A stretch of DNA of 64,000 nucleotides, taken from positions 1 to 64,000 of the IMG/VR virus record IMGVR_UViG_3300010397_000043; one strand, written 5' to 3'. This document shows, one piece after another, positions 46,723 through 55,454 of this stretch. The translations under genes were made by a program, and so were the position numbers. Under the pieces are notes generated by a model. The model saw only the letters and a program-made list of their open reading frames with translations, did no database searches and was not told the origin of the DNA. The number at the start of each line of letters is the position of its first letter. The first letter of the stretch is position 1. The stretch is from a virus.

Positions 46723-47196
46723 ATGCACATCGAACGACTCAAGACTCTGCGCGACGTGATTGCAGCGACGCCCGACGAAGCCGTCAACATGGGCACGTGG
46801 CGGTGCGACCCTGGCGGCTGGGCTAAGGACCCTGCCAAGCCCGAGTGCGGGACCATCGCCTGCATGCTCGGCTGGGCCTGCATGGTGCCTGAGTTTCAGG
46901 CAGCGGGGCTTAAGTTCCTGGCGTTCGCGAACGTGCCAGAAGGCTTTCGGCACCTGGACTTTATTCCGTCGTATGAAGATGATATTTCCTACAGTGCGGG
47001 CGAAGCGTTCTTCGAGCTTGACCCTGGCGTCGGGTACGCACTGTTCAAGACCGCTGAAGCCGGGCTCAACCAAAAGGCCGTCGCCTTGGGCCGGCTCGAC
47101 TACCTGTTGAAGGAAGGACACCTCGGCGGGTACTTCGACCCGCAGCCGCCGGCTGACCCCGACGATGACCAGACCTGGATCGACGACTGGAGCTGA
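46723..47196 (+). CDS. CGTIAC-motif paralog 5
   Basis: MHIERLKTLRDV, CGTIACMLGWAC. Confidence 0.85.
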   Translation: MHIERLKTLRDVIAATPDEAVNMGTWRCDPGGWAKDPAKPECGTIACMLGWACMVPEFQAAGLKFLAFANVPEGFRHLDFIPSYEDDISYSAGEAFFELDPGVGYALFKTAEAGLNQKAVALGRLDYLLKEGHLGGYFDPQPPADPDDDQTWIDDWS

Positions 47197-47230
47197 ACTC
47201 GCCAACCCAACGGACGACTTGGAGCCGACC

Positions 47231-47632
47231 ATGAACATCGAACGACTCAAGACCCTGCGCGACGTGATCGCCACTACGCCAAACGAGAACATCGACCTAT
47301 CGTATTTCATCAAACCGCACGTCTGTGGCACGATCTGCTGCACGCTCGGCTGGGCCTGCGAAGTGCCTGAATTTCAGGCAGAAGGTTTGCGCATGGGCGT
47401 GGACCCTGAGTATACAGTCCTATCCCCTGTGTACGAGGGCCACGTCGGCTTTGAAGCTGCTGTTGCCTTTTTCGAGTTGAGCGGCCTGCACGACGCGTAT
47501 CGCCTGTTCGACGCTGCCGCGCCGCACACCGGCAATAACCACAAGGCGCTCGCCCTGGCGCGGCTCGATTACGCCATCGCGCACGGCTCGATGAACGGGT
47601 ACACGAACTCCGAAGACTGGGCTGTGGAGTAA
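47231..47632 (+). CDS. CGTIAC-motif paralog 6
   Basis: GGAG RBS; CGTICCTLGWAC. Confidence 0.85.
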   Translation: MNIERLKTLRDVIATTPNENIDLSYFIKPHVCGTICCTLGWACEVPEFQAEGLRMGVDPEYTVLSPVYEGHVGFEAAVAFFELSGLHDAYRLFDAAAPHTGNNHKALALARLDYAIAHGSMNGYTNSEDWAVE

Positions 47633-47636
47633 TACC

Positions 47637-48071
47637 ATGAATACCGAACGACTCAAGACCCTGCGCGACGTGATTGCCGCAACACCAGATGACTACGTGG
47701 ACCTCTCGTGGTGGCAGCAGTCCGGCGACTGCGGCACCATCGCCTGCATGCTCGGCTGGGCCTGCGAAGTGCCTGAATTTCAGGCAGCGGGTTTGCGCAT
47801 GGAGCACTACCCGGGCTACGGCGACGCATTCCCTACGCTCGACCAGAAATTCGGCTACGAGGCCGGCGCGGCGTTCTTTGGGCTGGACTACGCAGACTCG
47901 GCGATGCTGTTTTGCGGGCGGGGCTGCAGGTTCAGCACCGAGAATGACGACCGCACGGACAAACAAGTCGCGCTCGACCGGCTCGACCATTTGCTCACGT
48001 ATGGCAACTTCACTGCCATGCGGTTCGCCAGTCGTCCCACCACCAAGCCCCGTTACTGGAGCCAGCCATGA
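47637..48071 (+). CDS. CGTIAC-motif paralog 7
   Basis: MNTERLKTLRDV, CGTIACMLGWAC. Confidence 0.85.
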   Translation: MNTERLKTLRDVIAATPDDYVDLSWWQQSGDCGTIACMLGWACEVPEFQAAGLRMEHYPGYGDAFPTLDQKFGYEAGAAFFGLDYADSAMLFCGRGCRFSTENDDRTDKQVALDRLDHLLTYGNFTAMRFASRPTTKPRYWSQP

Positions 48072-48493
48072 ACATCGAACGACTCAAGACCCTGCGCGAC
48101 GTCATCGCAGCGACACCCGACGAGGTGGTGGACCTGGACCGCTGGCAGTTGACCAAAGACTGCGGCACCATCGCCTGCATTCTTGGCTGGGCCTGCGAAG
48201 TGCCTGAGTTTCAGGCAGCAGGGCTCAAGCTGGTCCCCCACCAAGGCAACCCAGCGCGTTGGGTGCCCGAGTATGACCTGATGTACCGTGAGTTCCGGGC
48301 GGGTGCCAAGTTTTTCGGCCTGTCGTCGGACACTGCACGTCTGCTATTCGGCCAGCGGGCGGCGGACCTCGATACCGAAAACAAAAGGACTGGCGACGTG
48401 CGCACAGATCGGGAAGTTGCATTGGACCGGCTCGACCATTTGATCAAGCACGGCAACTTCAACGCGCTGTTGCCGGAGTGGCTGCACGAGTAA
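48068..48493 (+). CDS. CGTIAC-motif paralog 8
   Basis: ATGA overlap; CGTIACILGWAC. Confidence 0.85.
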   Translation: MNIERLKTLRDVIAATPDEVVDLDRWQLTKDCGTIACILGWACEVPEFQAAGLKLVPHQGNPARWVPEYDLMYREFRAGAKFFGLSSDTARLLFGQRAADLDTENKRTGDVRTDREVALDRLDHLIKHGNFNALLPEWLHE

Positions 48494-48509
48494 CCCAGGA
48501 GACACAACC

Positions 48510-48752
48510 ATGTCTACCGCCATCGTGTATCGCAAGCGCACCCTCGTGAACACAGACCCACAGCGGCGCTGCTACAACGGGTGCTACTTCAGTGCTGAGC
48601 TACGTTGGACTCCCTGGGAGGTGCTGGAAAGCATGTGCTTTCTGAAGCCCGGTACAGACCCCGAGGGGCGGCTGAAGTTCTGGCGCGAGCTGAACGACTA
48701 CGCAGTAAGCCAGCGTGGCGAGAGTGCCCGCTGTGAGTTCAAGCTGTCTTGA
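48510..48752 (+). CDS. Hypothetical protein (NTDPQRRCYNGC motif)
   Basis: AGGAG RBS; 80 aa. Confidence 0.7.
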   Translation: MSTAIVYRKRTLVNTDPQRRCYNGCYFSAELRWTPWEVLESMCFLKPGTDPEGRLKFWRELNDYAVSQRGESARCEFKLS

Positions 48753-48773
48753 CCCCCACCAGGAGACACGACC

Positions 48774-48959
48774 ATGCACCCGCTTGCGTTCACGTTCCTT
48801 TGCATCTTCCTGATCTTGATCATGCTCGGCAGCGTCGTGGCCGGCGCGTGGCTAATCGGCCACGAGCAGGACACGTGCGTGCAGCGCGGCGGGGTGCCCG
48901 TCGTAATCAAGGGCAGGTTGCTGTGCCTCGACCCCACCTCGCTCAAGAAGCTCGCCTAA
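48774..48959 (+). CDS. Small membrane protein
   Basis: N-terminal TM segment; CxxxGG..C motif. Confidence 0.65.
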   Translation: MHPLAFTFLCIFLILIMLGSVVAGAWLIGHEQDTCVQRGGVPVVIKGRLLCLDPTSLKKLA

Positions 48960-48973
48960 CCGGAGACAACACC

Positions 48974-49354
48974 GTGAGCAACTACACCGTTCTTTTCATC
49001 GGCACGTTCGTCATCGTGCTGCCAGTGCTCTATGTCGTGCATTCGATCTTCGGCGAAAAGACGCTCGTCAAGATGCTGAGCGCCGAAGTCGAAACGCTCG
49101 CCAAGCGCAACGGCGAGCTGATCAAGGACAACATTCGCCTGCGCCGCGAGCACGCCGAAATGAAGGCCCGCCTGCCTTCGCACGAGCGGCCCGTGAGCCC
49201 CGGCCCCAAGTCGGTAATCACCGACCTGTGGGATAAGCGGCGCGAAAAGGAGACCAAAGCAGACAGTTGCTACGTGGAGCCGCCCGCCCCCTGGCCCCGC
49301 ACGCCCGCACCAGACTACGTGCCGGGCAAGCCCAGCACCGACCCGTGGGAGTAA
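48974..49354 (+). CDS. Membrane-anchored coiled-coil protein
   Basis: GTG start with GGAG; TM segment followed by coiled coil. Confidence 0.6.
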   Translation: MSNYTVLFIGTFVIVLPVLYVVHSIFGEKTLVKMLSAEVETLAKRNGELIKDNIRLRREHAEMKARLPSHERPVSPGPKSVITDLWDKRREKETKADSCYVEPPAPWPRTPAPDYVPGKPSTDPWE

Positions 49355-49357
49355 GCC

Positions 49358-49822
49358 ATGGCTGAGGATGTATTCCTGGACCGGCTTGTCGAATACGCCA
49401 ACGAGCGGTCCTTCTGGTGGGGGCGTGCGCAGGCGATGGGCTTCAAGCTCGGGCCCGTATCGATGGACTACTGGGAGGGCTACGGTGACTACGCTATGCG
49501 TGGTGTGTTCACGTGCGTATGCGGCAGGCAGGAGCAATATCTCTTCGTACTCGAGAACGCGCTGCGTGTGACCGAACTGCCACAGGAGTTTTTGATCGAC
49601 CTGTGCGACCCGGCGCTACGGCTCCACAACTCCGGCTCGTTCAGCCGTGCGCACTTGCTCGAAGACGGCTACACCGAAGCACAGGTCCAGGAGATCATCG
49701 CGAAGGGCACCGTTTACGACCTGGAGCACGACCGACTGCCCTTCGAGCCCGAAGAGCGTAGGGCTTACCTTCAACAAACGTATGGAGATCCCTATGGGTG
49801 CGCGACACAACTACGCCGCTAA
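49358..49822 (+). CDS. Hypothetical protein
   Basis: 154 aa, GGAG RBS. Confidence 0.65.
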   Translation: MAEDVFLDRLVEYANERSFWWGRAQAMGFKLGPVSMDYWEGYGDYAMRGVFTCVCGRQEQYLFVLENALRVTELPQEFLIDLCDPALRLHNSGSFSRAHLLEDGYTEAQVQEIIAKGTVYDLEHDRLPFEPEERRAYLQQTYGDPYGCATQLRR

Positions 49823-50099
49823 GGTCAACCGCAGTGCGCAGCCCTGCCATGTGGCATGCCAGGGCGACGCCGAAGCCGCTGCCAAGTGGCGCAGCGTGCG
49901 CGAGCCCGACACGCTCGTAACGTGTTACGAGGGCGACGCCCTTTACTGGGTGCGCGCCGAGCCCGACCCGCCACCCGAGCAGGAGCATGTGATATTGAGC
50001 CAGTGGCGCAACGGTGTGCAATTGCTCGAAGCGCCGACCGCACCACGCAAGACCACCGAAGCTGACCGCCACGAAACCGACACCGACGAGTGGTGGTAG
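49794..50099 (+). CDS. Hypothetical protein
   Basis: GGAG RBS before MGARHNY. Confidence 0.55.
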   Translation: MGARHNYAAKVNRSAQPCHVACQGDAEAAAKWRSVREPDTLVTCYEGDALYWVRAEPDPPPEQEHVILSQWRNGVQLLEAPTAPRKTTEADRHETDTDEWW

Positions 50100-50141
50100 A
50101 ACCCCATTACCACCGGTAATTCAAAAAACGAGGTATCAATT

Positions 50142-50426
50142 ATGAAACACAAACTCCCTAACCTTAGTTTCGACGCGCCAATTGATTGGCCTTTCGTGGG
50201 CATGTTCTTGGCTGTAGTAGTGGGCTTGGTAGTCGTTGTCTGGGTAGGCGCTGCCTCTAGCAAAGCCAGCTTTGCGGAGCACGAGCGCGCCTATCAAGCC
50301 CAGGTCGCCGCGTTCAAGGGTGCCATGTGGGACCAAGACTGCAAGGTAACTTCCTTCGTGGCGACACGGAGCCAACCCCGCGCCGTGTGGACTTGTCCCG
50401 ACGGCCACGTTGAACTGGAGCCCTAA
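50142..50426 (+). CDS. Membrane-anchored small protein
   Basis: GAGGT RBS; TM segment; C..WTCPDG. Confidence 0.65.
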   Translation: MKHKLPNLSFDAPIDWPFVGMFLAVVVGLVVVVWVGAASSKASFAEHERAYQAQVAAFKGAMWDQDCKVTSFVATRSQPRAVWTCPDGHVELEP

Positions 50427-50428
50427 TC

Positions 50429-50617
50429 ATGATGCGCAACTTGGCCGAGGCCATGTACCAACGTCAGCAGGCAATCGAAGACGCGTTCTGGCTGTGCGCG
50501 ATAAACGTCGTGGCCTGGGTCGCCGGCACGACCTTGCTCAGCATCGAGTTCGGTTGGAAGATCGGGTGTGGCGTGGCACTGCTCGTGCTATTCCACAAGC
50601 AACCGGATCGCGTTTAA
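50429..50617 (+). CDS. Small two-TM membrane protein
   Basis: 62 aa, hydrophobic. Confidence 0.55.
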   Translation: MMRNLAEAMYQRQQAIEDAFWLCAINVVAWVAGTTLLSIEFGWKIGCGVALLVLFHKQPDRV

Positions 50618-50632
50618 ACAGGAGCAGCAACC

Positions 50633-51175
50633 ATGCAAACCATTCTTCTCTACGCGGATATCGTACTGTCCGCCATCCTCGCCTTCGTGGCGTATCGCGA
50701 ACACGTGAAGGGCCGGCGCTACCTGGACGCCCTGAACCACGAAGCACTAGAGAACGAAGAACTGCGCGACACCATCGCCCGGCTCAGGCGGCGGCTGAGC
50801 GAAAAGCCAGATATCAACGTTTCGACTTCCGGCTACAAGCGTGCCGAGTCCACCTCGAATCGACTCGTTCAGCGCGACGATGCACCGCCGTCCACGTTCG
50901 TGGCGAGCGCCCCGCTCGCACCGATTGCTGATTCAAGCTGGGTGTTCCCACCGCCAGCACCAGTGCAGGCCTCGTTCACCTCGGGTGGTGGAGGTGACTT
51001 TGGCGGCGGGGGTGCGAGCGCAACCTGGGATGCACCGGCCCCATCACCAGCGCCCGAGCCGCCTGCACCAGCCCCGAGCTACAGCAGCAGTGATTCGTGC
51101 TCGTCGTCTTCGTCGAGCTACGATTCATCGTCGTCCAGCAGCGATTCGTCCTGCTCGTCTTCGTCGTTCGACTGA
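50633..51175 (+). CDS. Membrane-anchored protein with GGGGDFGGGGAS motif and Ser-rich tail
   Basis: AGGAG RBS; TM, coiled coil, low-complexity C-terminus. Confidence 0.75.
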   Translation: MQTILLYADIVLSAILAFVAYREHVKGRRYLDALNHEALENEELRDTIARLRRRLSEKPDINVSTSGYKRAESTSNRLVQRDDAPPSTFVASAPLAPIADSSWVFPPPAPVQASFTSGGGGDFGGGGASATWDAPAPSPAPEPPAPAPSYSSSDSCSSSSSSYDSSSSSSDSSCSSSSFD

Positions 51176-51186
51176 GGAGTACCAAC

Positions 51187-51525
51187 ATGCCCTGCAACGA
51201 CTGGATCGAAACGTCCACCCGCACCGTCGCGGTGCAAGTGGAAAGCCCGTTCATGAAAGCCGCCCTGTGCGCCGCGCTGCGCTACTTGGTCCACATCAAC
51301 CACTACACGCACTTCATCGCATGGGTGCGCAAGGACAAGGAAGCCGGCGTCAAGGCCAGCGCAGTGCAAACGTGGTGGAGCGACCACATGAAGGCGGACG
51401 AGGCACGCCGTGAAGCCGAGCGCGAAGCTGAAGCCAACAAGCTCAAGCGCAAAAAGCTGGCCATGCTTCTCAAACAGCACGGCTACTCGACGTCAGCCGC
51501 CAAGCGTCTCTTGAACGAGGAGTAA
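51187..51525 (+). CDS. Hypothetical protein (MPC..., ALCA, WW..H..AD motifs)
   Basis: GAGGAG RBS. Confidence 0.7.
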   Translation: MPCNDWIETSTRTVAVQVESPFMKAALCAALRYLVHINHYTHFIAWVRKDKEAGVKASAVQTWWSDHMKADEARREAEREAEANKLKRKKLAMLLKQHGYSTSAAKRLLNEE

Positions 51526-51676
51526 GCCATGCACCGCTTTCGCATCACGCTTATCGCGCTGGCCCTGCTGTTGCTCGCAACGCACGTAATGGAGGTATCG
51601 AAATGAAATGGGTCGTGGCCGCGATACCCGTCGTGGCTCTCTTGATTTATGCCCTGTGGGGCTGGGGGGTACTGCT

Positions 51677-51970
51677 GTGAGCCCACAAGAGCGAAAGCTG
51701 CGGGAGCTACTGGCGATCCGTATCGCAGGGGCTGCGCTTTACCGGGACGACGGCGAGCTACAGGACAACTCGGTCCGGCCGTTCATCGACTTTCTACGCG
51801 ACACGCCCGAGGTGATCGAGGCCAAGGTGATCGACCGGGCCATGCGGGCGTTGGAAACGCGCGAGCGAAGACTGCAGGACGCCATCGAGGGCGAGTGCTT
51901 CGGCCTTGCAATCACCGAAGCGCAGGCCACGAAGATTCTGAAGTACCTCGACAAAGGGGACAAGTCGTGA
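51677..51970 (+). CDS. Hypothetical protein (YRDDGELQD...IDFLRD motif, phage accessory type)
   Basis: GTG start; motif recalled from phage accessory proteins. Confidence 0.6.
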   Translation: MSPQERKLRELLAIRIAGAALYRDDGELQDNSVRPFIDFLRDTPEVIEAKVIDRAMRALETRERRLQDAIEGECFGLAITEAQATKILKYLDKGDKS

Positions 51971-52173
51971 GCACCCCGCCACCCGTCCAGTGCGCCGTAT
52001 GCAAGAAGGACCCGGCGCGTCGCAACAACACACTCGCTGAGTGTTCGCACGTCGAGTGCCCGCACCGCTCGTCCTCGTGGTTCGACGCGATCCCCGACGC
52101 ACTGGAAGACGATGACGACTTCGACCCGCTTGACGGCATGTTCGATTCGCTAAAAGGAGAGAAGGATGAGTGA
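51967..52173 (+). CDS. Small Cys-rich/acidic protein
   Basis: GTGA overlap; CAVC...CSHVECP. Confidence 0.55.
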   Translation: MSTPPPVQCAVCKKDPARRNNTLAECSHVECPHRSSSWFDAIPDALEDDDDFDPLDGMFDSLKGEKDE

Positions 52174-52540
52174 CCACTACTGCTGCAAGTCCTGCGGTCA
52201 GCGGTACGACAAGTGCCGGTGTGGCGGGAATGCCGAGAAGAAGCTGCCCGTGAACCCAATCCAGAAAGCGCACAAGCTGCCTGCCCGCAAATCGTCTTTG
52301 CGAGAAATGCTCGATGCAGCGAATCTGAAACCGTACAAGCCCGGCCGCGATGTCGTTGAATCCGCTGTGCCCACTGACGAAGAAATTCTAGAGCTGGCAC
52401 GGCTGTTCGATATCAACGTACCCGCCGGTCGCCTGCTGACGTTCGCGCGCTGCCTACTCCCCGCACAGCCCCGGGCCGACATTGCCAGGGCGTACCGAAC
52501 CATGAAGGCCGAAGGGCCTGGGTCTGGGGGCATACTATGA
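52166..52540 (+). CDS. Hypothetical protein with Cys-rich N-terminus
   Basis: CCKSCGQRYDKCRC. Confidence 0.6.
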   Translation: MSDHYCCKSCGQRYDKCRCGGNAEKKLPVNPIQKAHKLPARKSSLREMLDAANLKPYKPGRDVVESAVPTDEEILELARLFDINVPAGRLLTFARCLLPAQPRADIARAYRTMKAEGPGSGGIL

Positions 52541-52971
52541 GAGTCTACCGCAAAGTTCCGCTACCGCAGGCAGCTATGCGTGCAGCGCCTACGGGTAAAG
52601 AGAAGTGGCCTTTCCCGAAGACTGACTACTTCACAGAAGAGCAGTTGCGCGCTTACGCCCGCGATTGTGTCGAAGCCATTGGACCCATCGACATGGTGCT
52701 GCACTGCCCGAAGTGCGGGAAGCAGCACATCGACGCGCCGGAATGGGTGGACGACCCGCACGATATCGAGCAAGGGCAGATGCGCGTATGGGACAACCCG
52801 CCGCACCGCTCGCACCTGTGCCACGGCTGCGGTCACGTGTGGCGACCGGCTGACGTACCGACCAATGGCGTCGCAGCGGTGAAGACCAGGGGCAAGGCCG
52901 ACAGCCCAATCAGCGAGGCGGGTGGCCTACAGGGCGCTTTTGTCAAGTGGCTAGCGGGGGGTTCCAAATGA
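52537..52971 (+). CDS. Zinc-ribbon hypothetical protein
   Basis: LHCPKCGKQHID...HRSHLCHGCGHVWRP. Confidence 0.7.
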   Translation: MRVYRKVPLPQAAMRAAPTGKEKWPFPKTDYFTEEQLRAYARDCVEAIGPIDMVLHCPKCGKQHIDAPEWVDDPHDIEQGQMRVWDNPPHRSHLCHGCGHVWRPADVPTNGVAAVKTRGKADSPISEAGGLQGAFVKWLAGGSK

Positions 52972-53291
52972 GAGTCTACCTCAACGGCACCAACACCGTG
53001 ACCGGCAACCGCGCCGGCATGGCGACACTGGTGGACATCATCGTGTGCGGCGAGCCACTCGACATGGCGCGCGCCCTGAAATACTATGGCGACTTCGATG
53101 GTCCGAAGGTCGCACGAAAGCTTCAGCGGTACACGCGCCTTGTGTTCAAGCGTGACAGTGGGGGCTATGTGGTGGTGCCAGAGATTCCGCGAAACCGGGG
53201 CTATTGGGTAGTCGTTCACGAAGACGACAACGCGCAGGAGTCGCAGTCATGCAATACCCTCACCCAGCCAGCGAAGAACCCAAGAGTATAG
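52968..53291 (+). CDS. Hypothetical protein
   Basis: ATGA overlap with the previous gene. Confidence 0.55.
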   Translation: MRVYLNGTNTVTGNRAGMATLVDIIVCGEPLDMARALKYYGDFDGPKVARKLQRYTRLVFKRDSGGYVVVPEIPRNRGYWVVVHEDDNAQESQSCNTLTQPAKNPRV

Positions 53292-53426
53292 CGCAGCTCA
53301 ACGCCATGCGCTTGGCTATGCTCCGACAGACGGGTTACACCATCTCGCCGCACTGCCTACTTCAACTGATCGTACTGATCGAAGCCGATCTACACGTGGC
53401 CTACATCACAGGCTTGGAGCACAACG

Positions 53427-53663
53427 ATGCAACGCGACCCGAAGACCCTGTACCTCCAGTCGTACCTGGTCCTGGACTATGAACTCGACCGCTGGGGCTA
53501 CGCATATTTCAACGTGCTCGGGTCGGTGTACGCCGCCACCCCCGCACACGCCATTCGAGAGGCCAAGCAACATGGATTCCGCTGTCCGATTGTCCAAGAG
53601 CAGCGAACGTTTCAGCGCCAGCATCGGCCACCCCAACACGTGCAACCTGCCACGCAACCGTAA
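53427..53663 (+). CDS. Hypothetical protein
   Basis: GGAG RBS; 78 aa. Confidence 0.5.
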   Translation: MQRDPKTLYLQSYLVLDYELDRWGYAYFNVLGSVYAATPAHAIREAKQHGFRCPIVQEQRTFQRQHRPPQHVQPATQP

Positions 53664-54003
53664 GAAGCGGGTTTGCATCAATGCGTCATCACTTGCCAAG
53701 CTGGTCTGGGCCCTCGCAACCGGCCAGCACACGGCAAGCGAACTCGTCCACCACACGGGCCTGGGACTAACTACCGTGAAGCGATACGTCCACCGCATGC
53801 ACGAAGAGCAAGCCGTGCGCATCGCCGACTGGGAGACCGATGGCCGGGGTGCTTTCACGGTCCCGGTGTTCGCGATGGTCTACCCGAATGGCCCAACGGA
53901 CGACAAGCGCAGGCCCAAGCCGCTGGCTGCAAACGAACGGTCAAGGCGTTACCGCGCCCGCAAGAAGGCAGCTAAGAACGCAACGCACCTGTACTGGGGG
54001 TAG
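53479..54003 (+). CDS. Winged helix-turn-helix DNA-binding protein (true start probably downstream of 53479)
   Basis: TASELVHHTGLGLTTVKRYVHRM HTH pattern; basic C-terminus ERSRRYRARK. Confidence 0.6.
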   Translation: MNSTAGATHISTCSGRCTPPPPHTPFERPSNMDSAVRLSKSSERFSASIGHPNTCNLPRNRKKRVCINASSLAKLVWALATGQHTASELVHHTGLGLTTVKRYVHRMHEEQAVRIADWETDGRGAFTVPVFAMVYPNGPTDDKRRPKPLAANERSRRYRARKKAAKNATHLYWG

Positions 54004-54007
54004 CGCC

Positions 54008-54235
54008 ATGATCCTGATCGACCCGGCCACCGGCCAAAAGTTCAAGACCTGCGGCACGTGGCACAGCACGCGCGGCGGGCACGGCGACTGCTGGATCGAT
54101 GTTGGCCGCGTCGAGGACCAAGCCACCGGCATGCAATACCCGCTGCACAGGCTGGGCAGCGCCGTTCAGTACCGCGCCATAGATATCGCGGGTCCGTACC
54201 ACGCCTACTACATCAACCTGGAGAAAGTGTCATGA
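54008..54235 (+). CDS. Hypothetical protein
   Basis: MILIDPATG...; packed in operon. Confidence 0.5.
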   Translation: MILIDPATGQKFKTCGTWHSTRGGHGDCWIDVGRVEDQATGMQYPLHRLGSAVQYRAIDIAGPYHAYYINLEKVS

Positions 54236-54415
54236 TCACCTACGTCGTGTGTTTCGTCGCCGGCTACATCGCCCGCGCTGTGGCCCCTGAGCCTGCCGCT
54301 GCCTTGCAGTTTTTGAAACTCATGGGCAAGGAGTACCCGAGGGCCCGCGTACTGCTGGGTCCGCTGCGCGCCCTGTGGGCCGCATTCCAATACGCACGTA
54401 CTGGAGGCAAGTGAA

Positions 54416-54700
54416 ATGGGTGATCGGAGTAAGGACCTGCGCAACGCCAAGTACGGCGTTACCATCGCCAATGACGACGGCGGCGTCAAGCGCAAGATGA
54501 CGCTGGTGCGATTTGCCGAAGATGGCGGTTACGGCGTCATTTTGGAAACTGACTGGTGCGACGGCACGCCGCCTGTACGGACCAAGTTCCTGCTCGGGCA
54601 AGTCGGCTTCACAATGCTGACTGAGCTGATGAGCTTGGCGCACGACCTGCACAGGTACAAGATTACGGACGAGGCCGACGGGCCGAACGACCTGGAATAA
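54416..54700 (+). CDS. Hypothetical protein
   Basis: GGAGG RBS; 94 aa. Confidence 0.6.
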   Translation: MGDRSKDLRNAKYGVTIANDDGGVKRKMTLVRFAEDGGYGVILETDWCDGTPPVRTKFLLGQVGFTMLTELMSLAHDLHRYKITDEADGPNDLE

Positions 54701-54720
54701 CCCGATGTGAACAGGTTTAT

Positions 54721-54792
54721 GGGGCGGCTGAGGGCGTGACCCTCTGCGGACCTGCTGGGCAGCAACAGGCTAATAGCTGCACCGCCCCACCA
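54721..54792 (+). ncRNA. Possible 72-nt tRNA-like structured RNA ending in ACCA
   Basis: GGGGCGG/CCGCCCC 7-bp stem plus ACCA, internal hairpins, no canonical T-loop. Confidence 0.35.
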
Positions 54793-54812
54793 GATAGATG
54801 GAGAGGCACGCC

Positions 54813-55424
54813 ATGATCACGATCCCACTCAACCACGGCAAGCTGGCGCTTATCGACGACGAGGACTACGATTTGGTGTGTCACTACAAATGGCTAACGC
54901 GACCGCTGCTTTACAAGGGCGTTCATGAGTACTGGTACGCCGAGGCGAAAGACCCCCTCAATAGGAAACGAACCGTCTCACTCCACCGTGTGGTCATCGG
55001 TGCCCAGCCCCACCAAGCCGTTAGCTTCTTCGACGGCAACACACTCAACTGCCAAAAAGCCAATCTGACCCTGGGCACGTCCCACAAGCACCTTCGCCGG
55101 ACGCGGGACCTAGACTGCATACAGCTACGCCACCAAGTACGAGGCGACGTCTACTGGACACGGGTCATGTTTCGTGGCAAGTTCTACACGAAAACATTCA
55201 AGACCGCCGAAGATGCAAAGCAATGGCGTGACGCGACGAGGGCCCGCCTGTGGGGGCATGAAAAAGGGGCGACTGAAGCCGCCCCTACATTGGTTGAAGT
55301 GCCTACCGGCTTAGAAGCCGAGCATGGCCGCGATGACGTGGGCGAACCCGAACACTGGGGGACCACGATAGCCGGTGCCGCCGCTGTCCACCCCGCCAGC
55401 GAGGGCGACGATGCACGCGACTGA
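54813..55424 (+). CDS. HNH-AP2-type homing endonuclease-like protein, apparently degenerate
   Basis: IPLNHGKLALIDDEDYDLV, LHRVV, DGNTLNCQKANL, AP2-like FKTAEDAKQWR. Confidence 0.75.
   Translation: MITIPLNHGKLALIDDEDYDLVCHYKWLTRPLLYKGVHEYWYAEAKDPLNRKRTVSLHRVVIGAQPHQAVSFFDGNTLNCQKANLTLGTSHKHLRRTRDLDCIQLRHQVRGDVYWTRVMFRGKFYTKTFKTAEDAKQWRDATRARLWGHEKGATEAAPTLVEVPTGLEAEHGRDDVGEPEHWGTTIAGAAAVHPASEGDDARD
55260..55288 (-). terminator. Terminator for the small minus-strand gene
   Basis: AGGGGCGGC-TTCA-GTCGCCCCT followed by a T run. Confidence 0.65.
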
Positions 55425-55454
55425 CAACGCAGCGGCAACAACAGTTCTCTTCAT
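55311..55454 (-). CDS. Small hydrophobic protein (47 aa), antisense to the HNH C-terminal extension
   Basis: GGAG RBS; MKRTVVAAALSVACIVALAGG...; own terminator. Confidence 0.45.
   Translation of the reverse strand: MKRTVVAAALSVACIVALAGGVDSGGTGYRGPPVFGFAHVIAAMLGF

Noticed and set aside
44932-48493. Repeats in the paralog array as a CRISPR array or DGR
   Set aside because: Period is 400-500 bp and the repeats are coding blocks; no reverse transcriptase or adenine-specific TR/VR pair is visible in the window.
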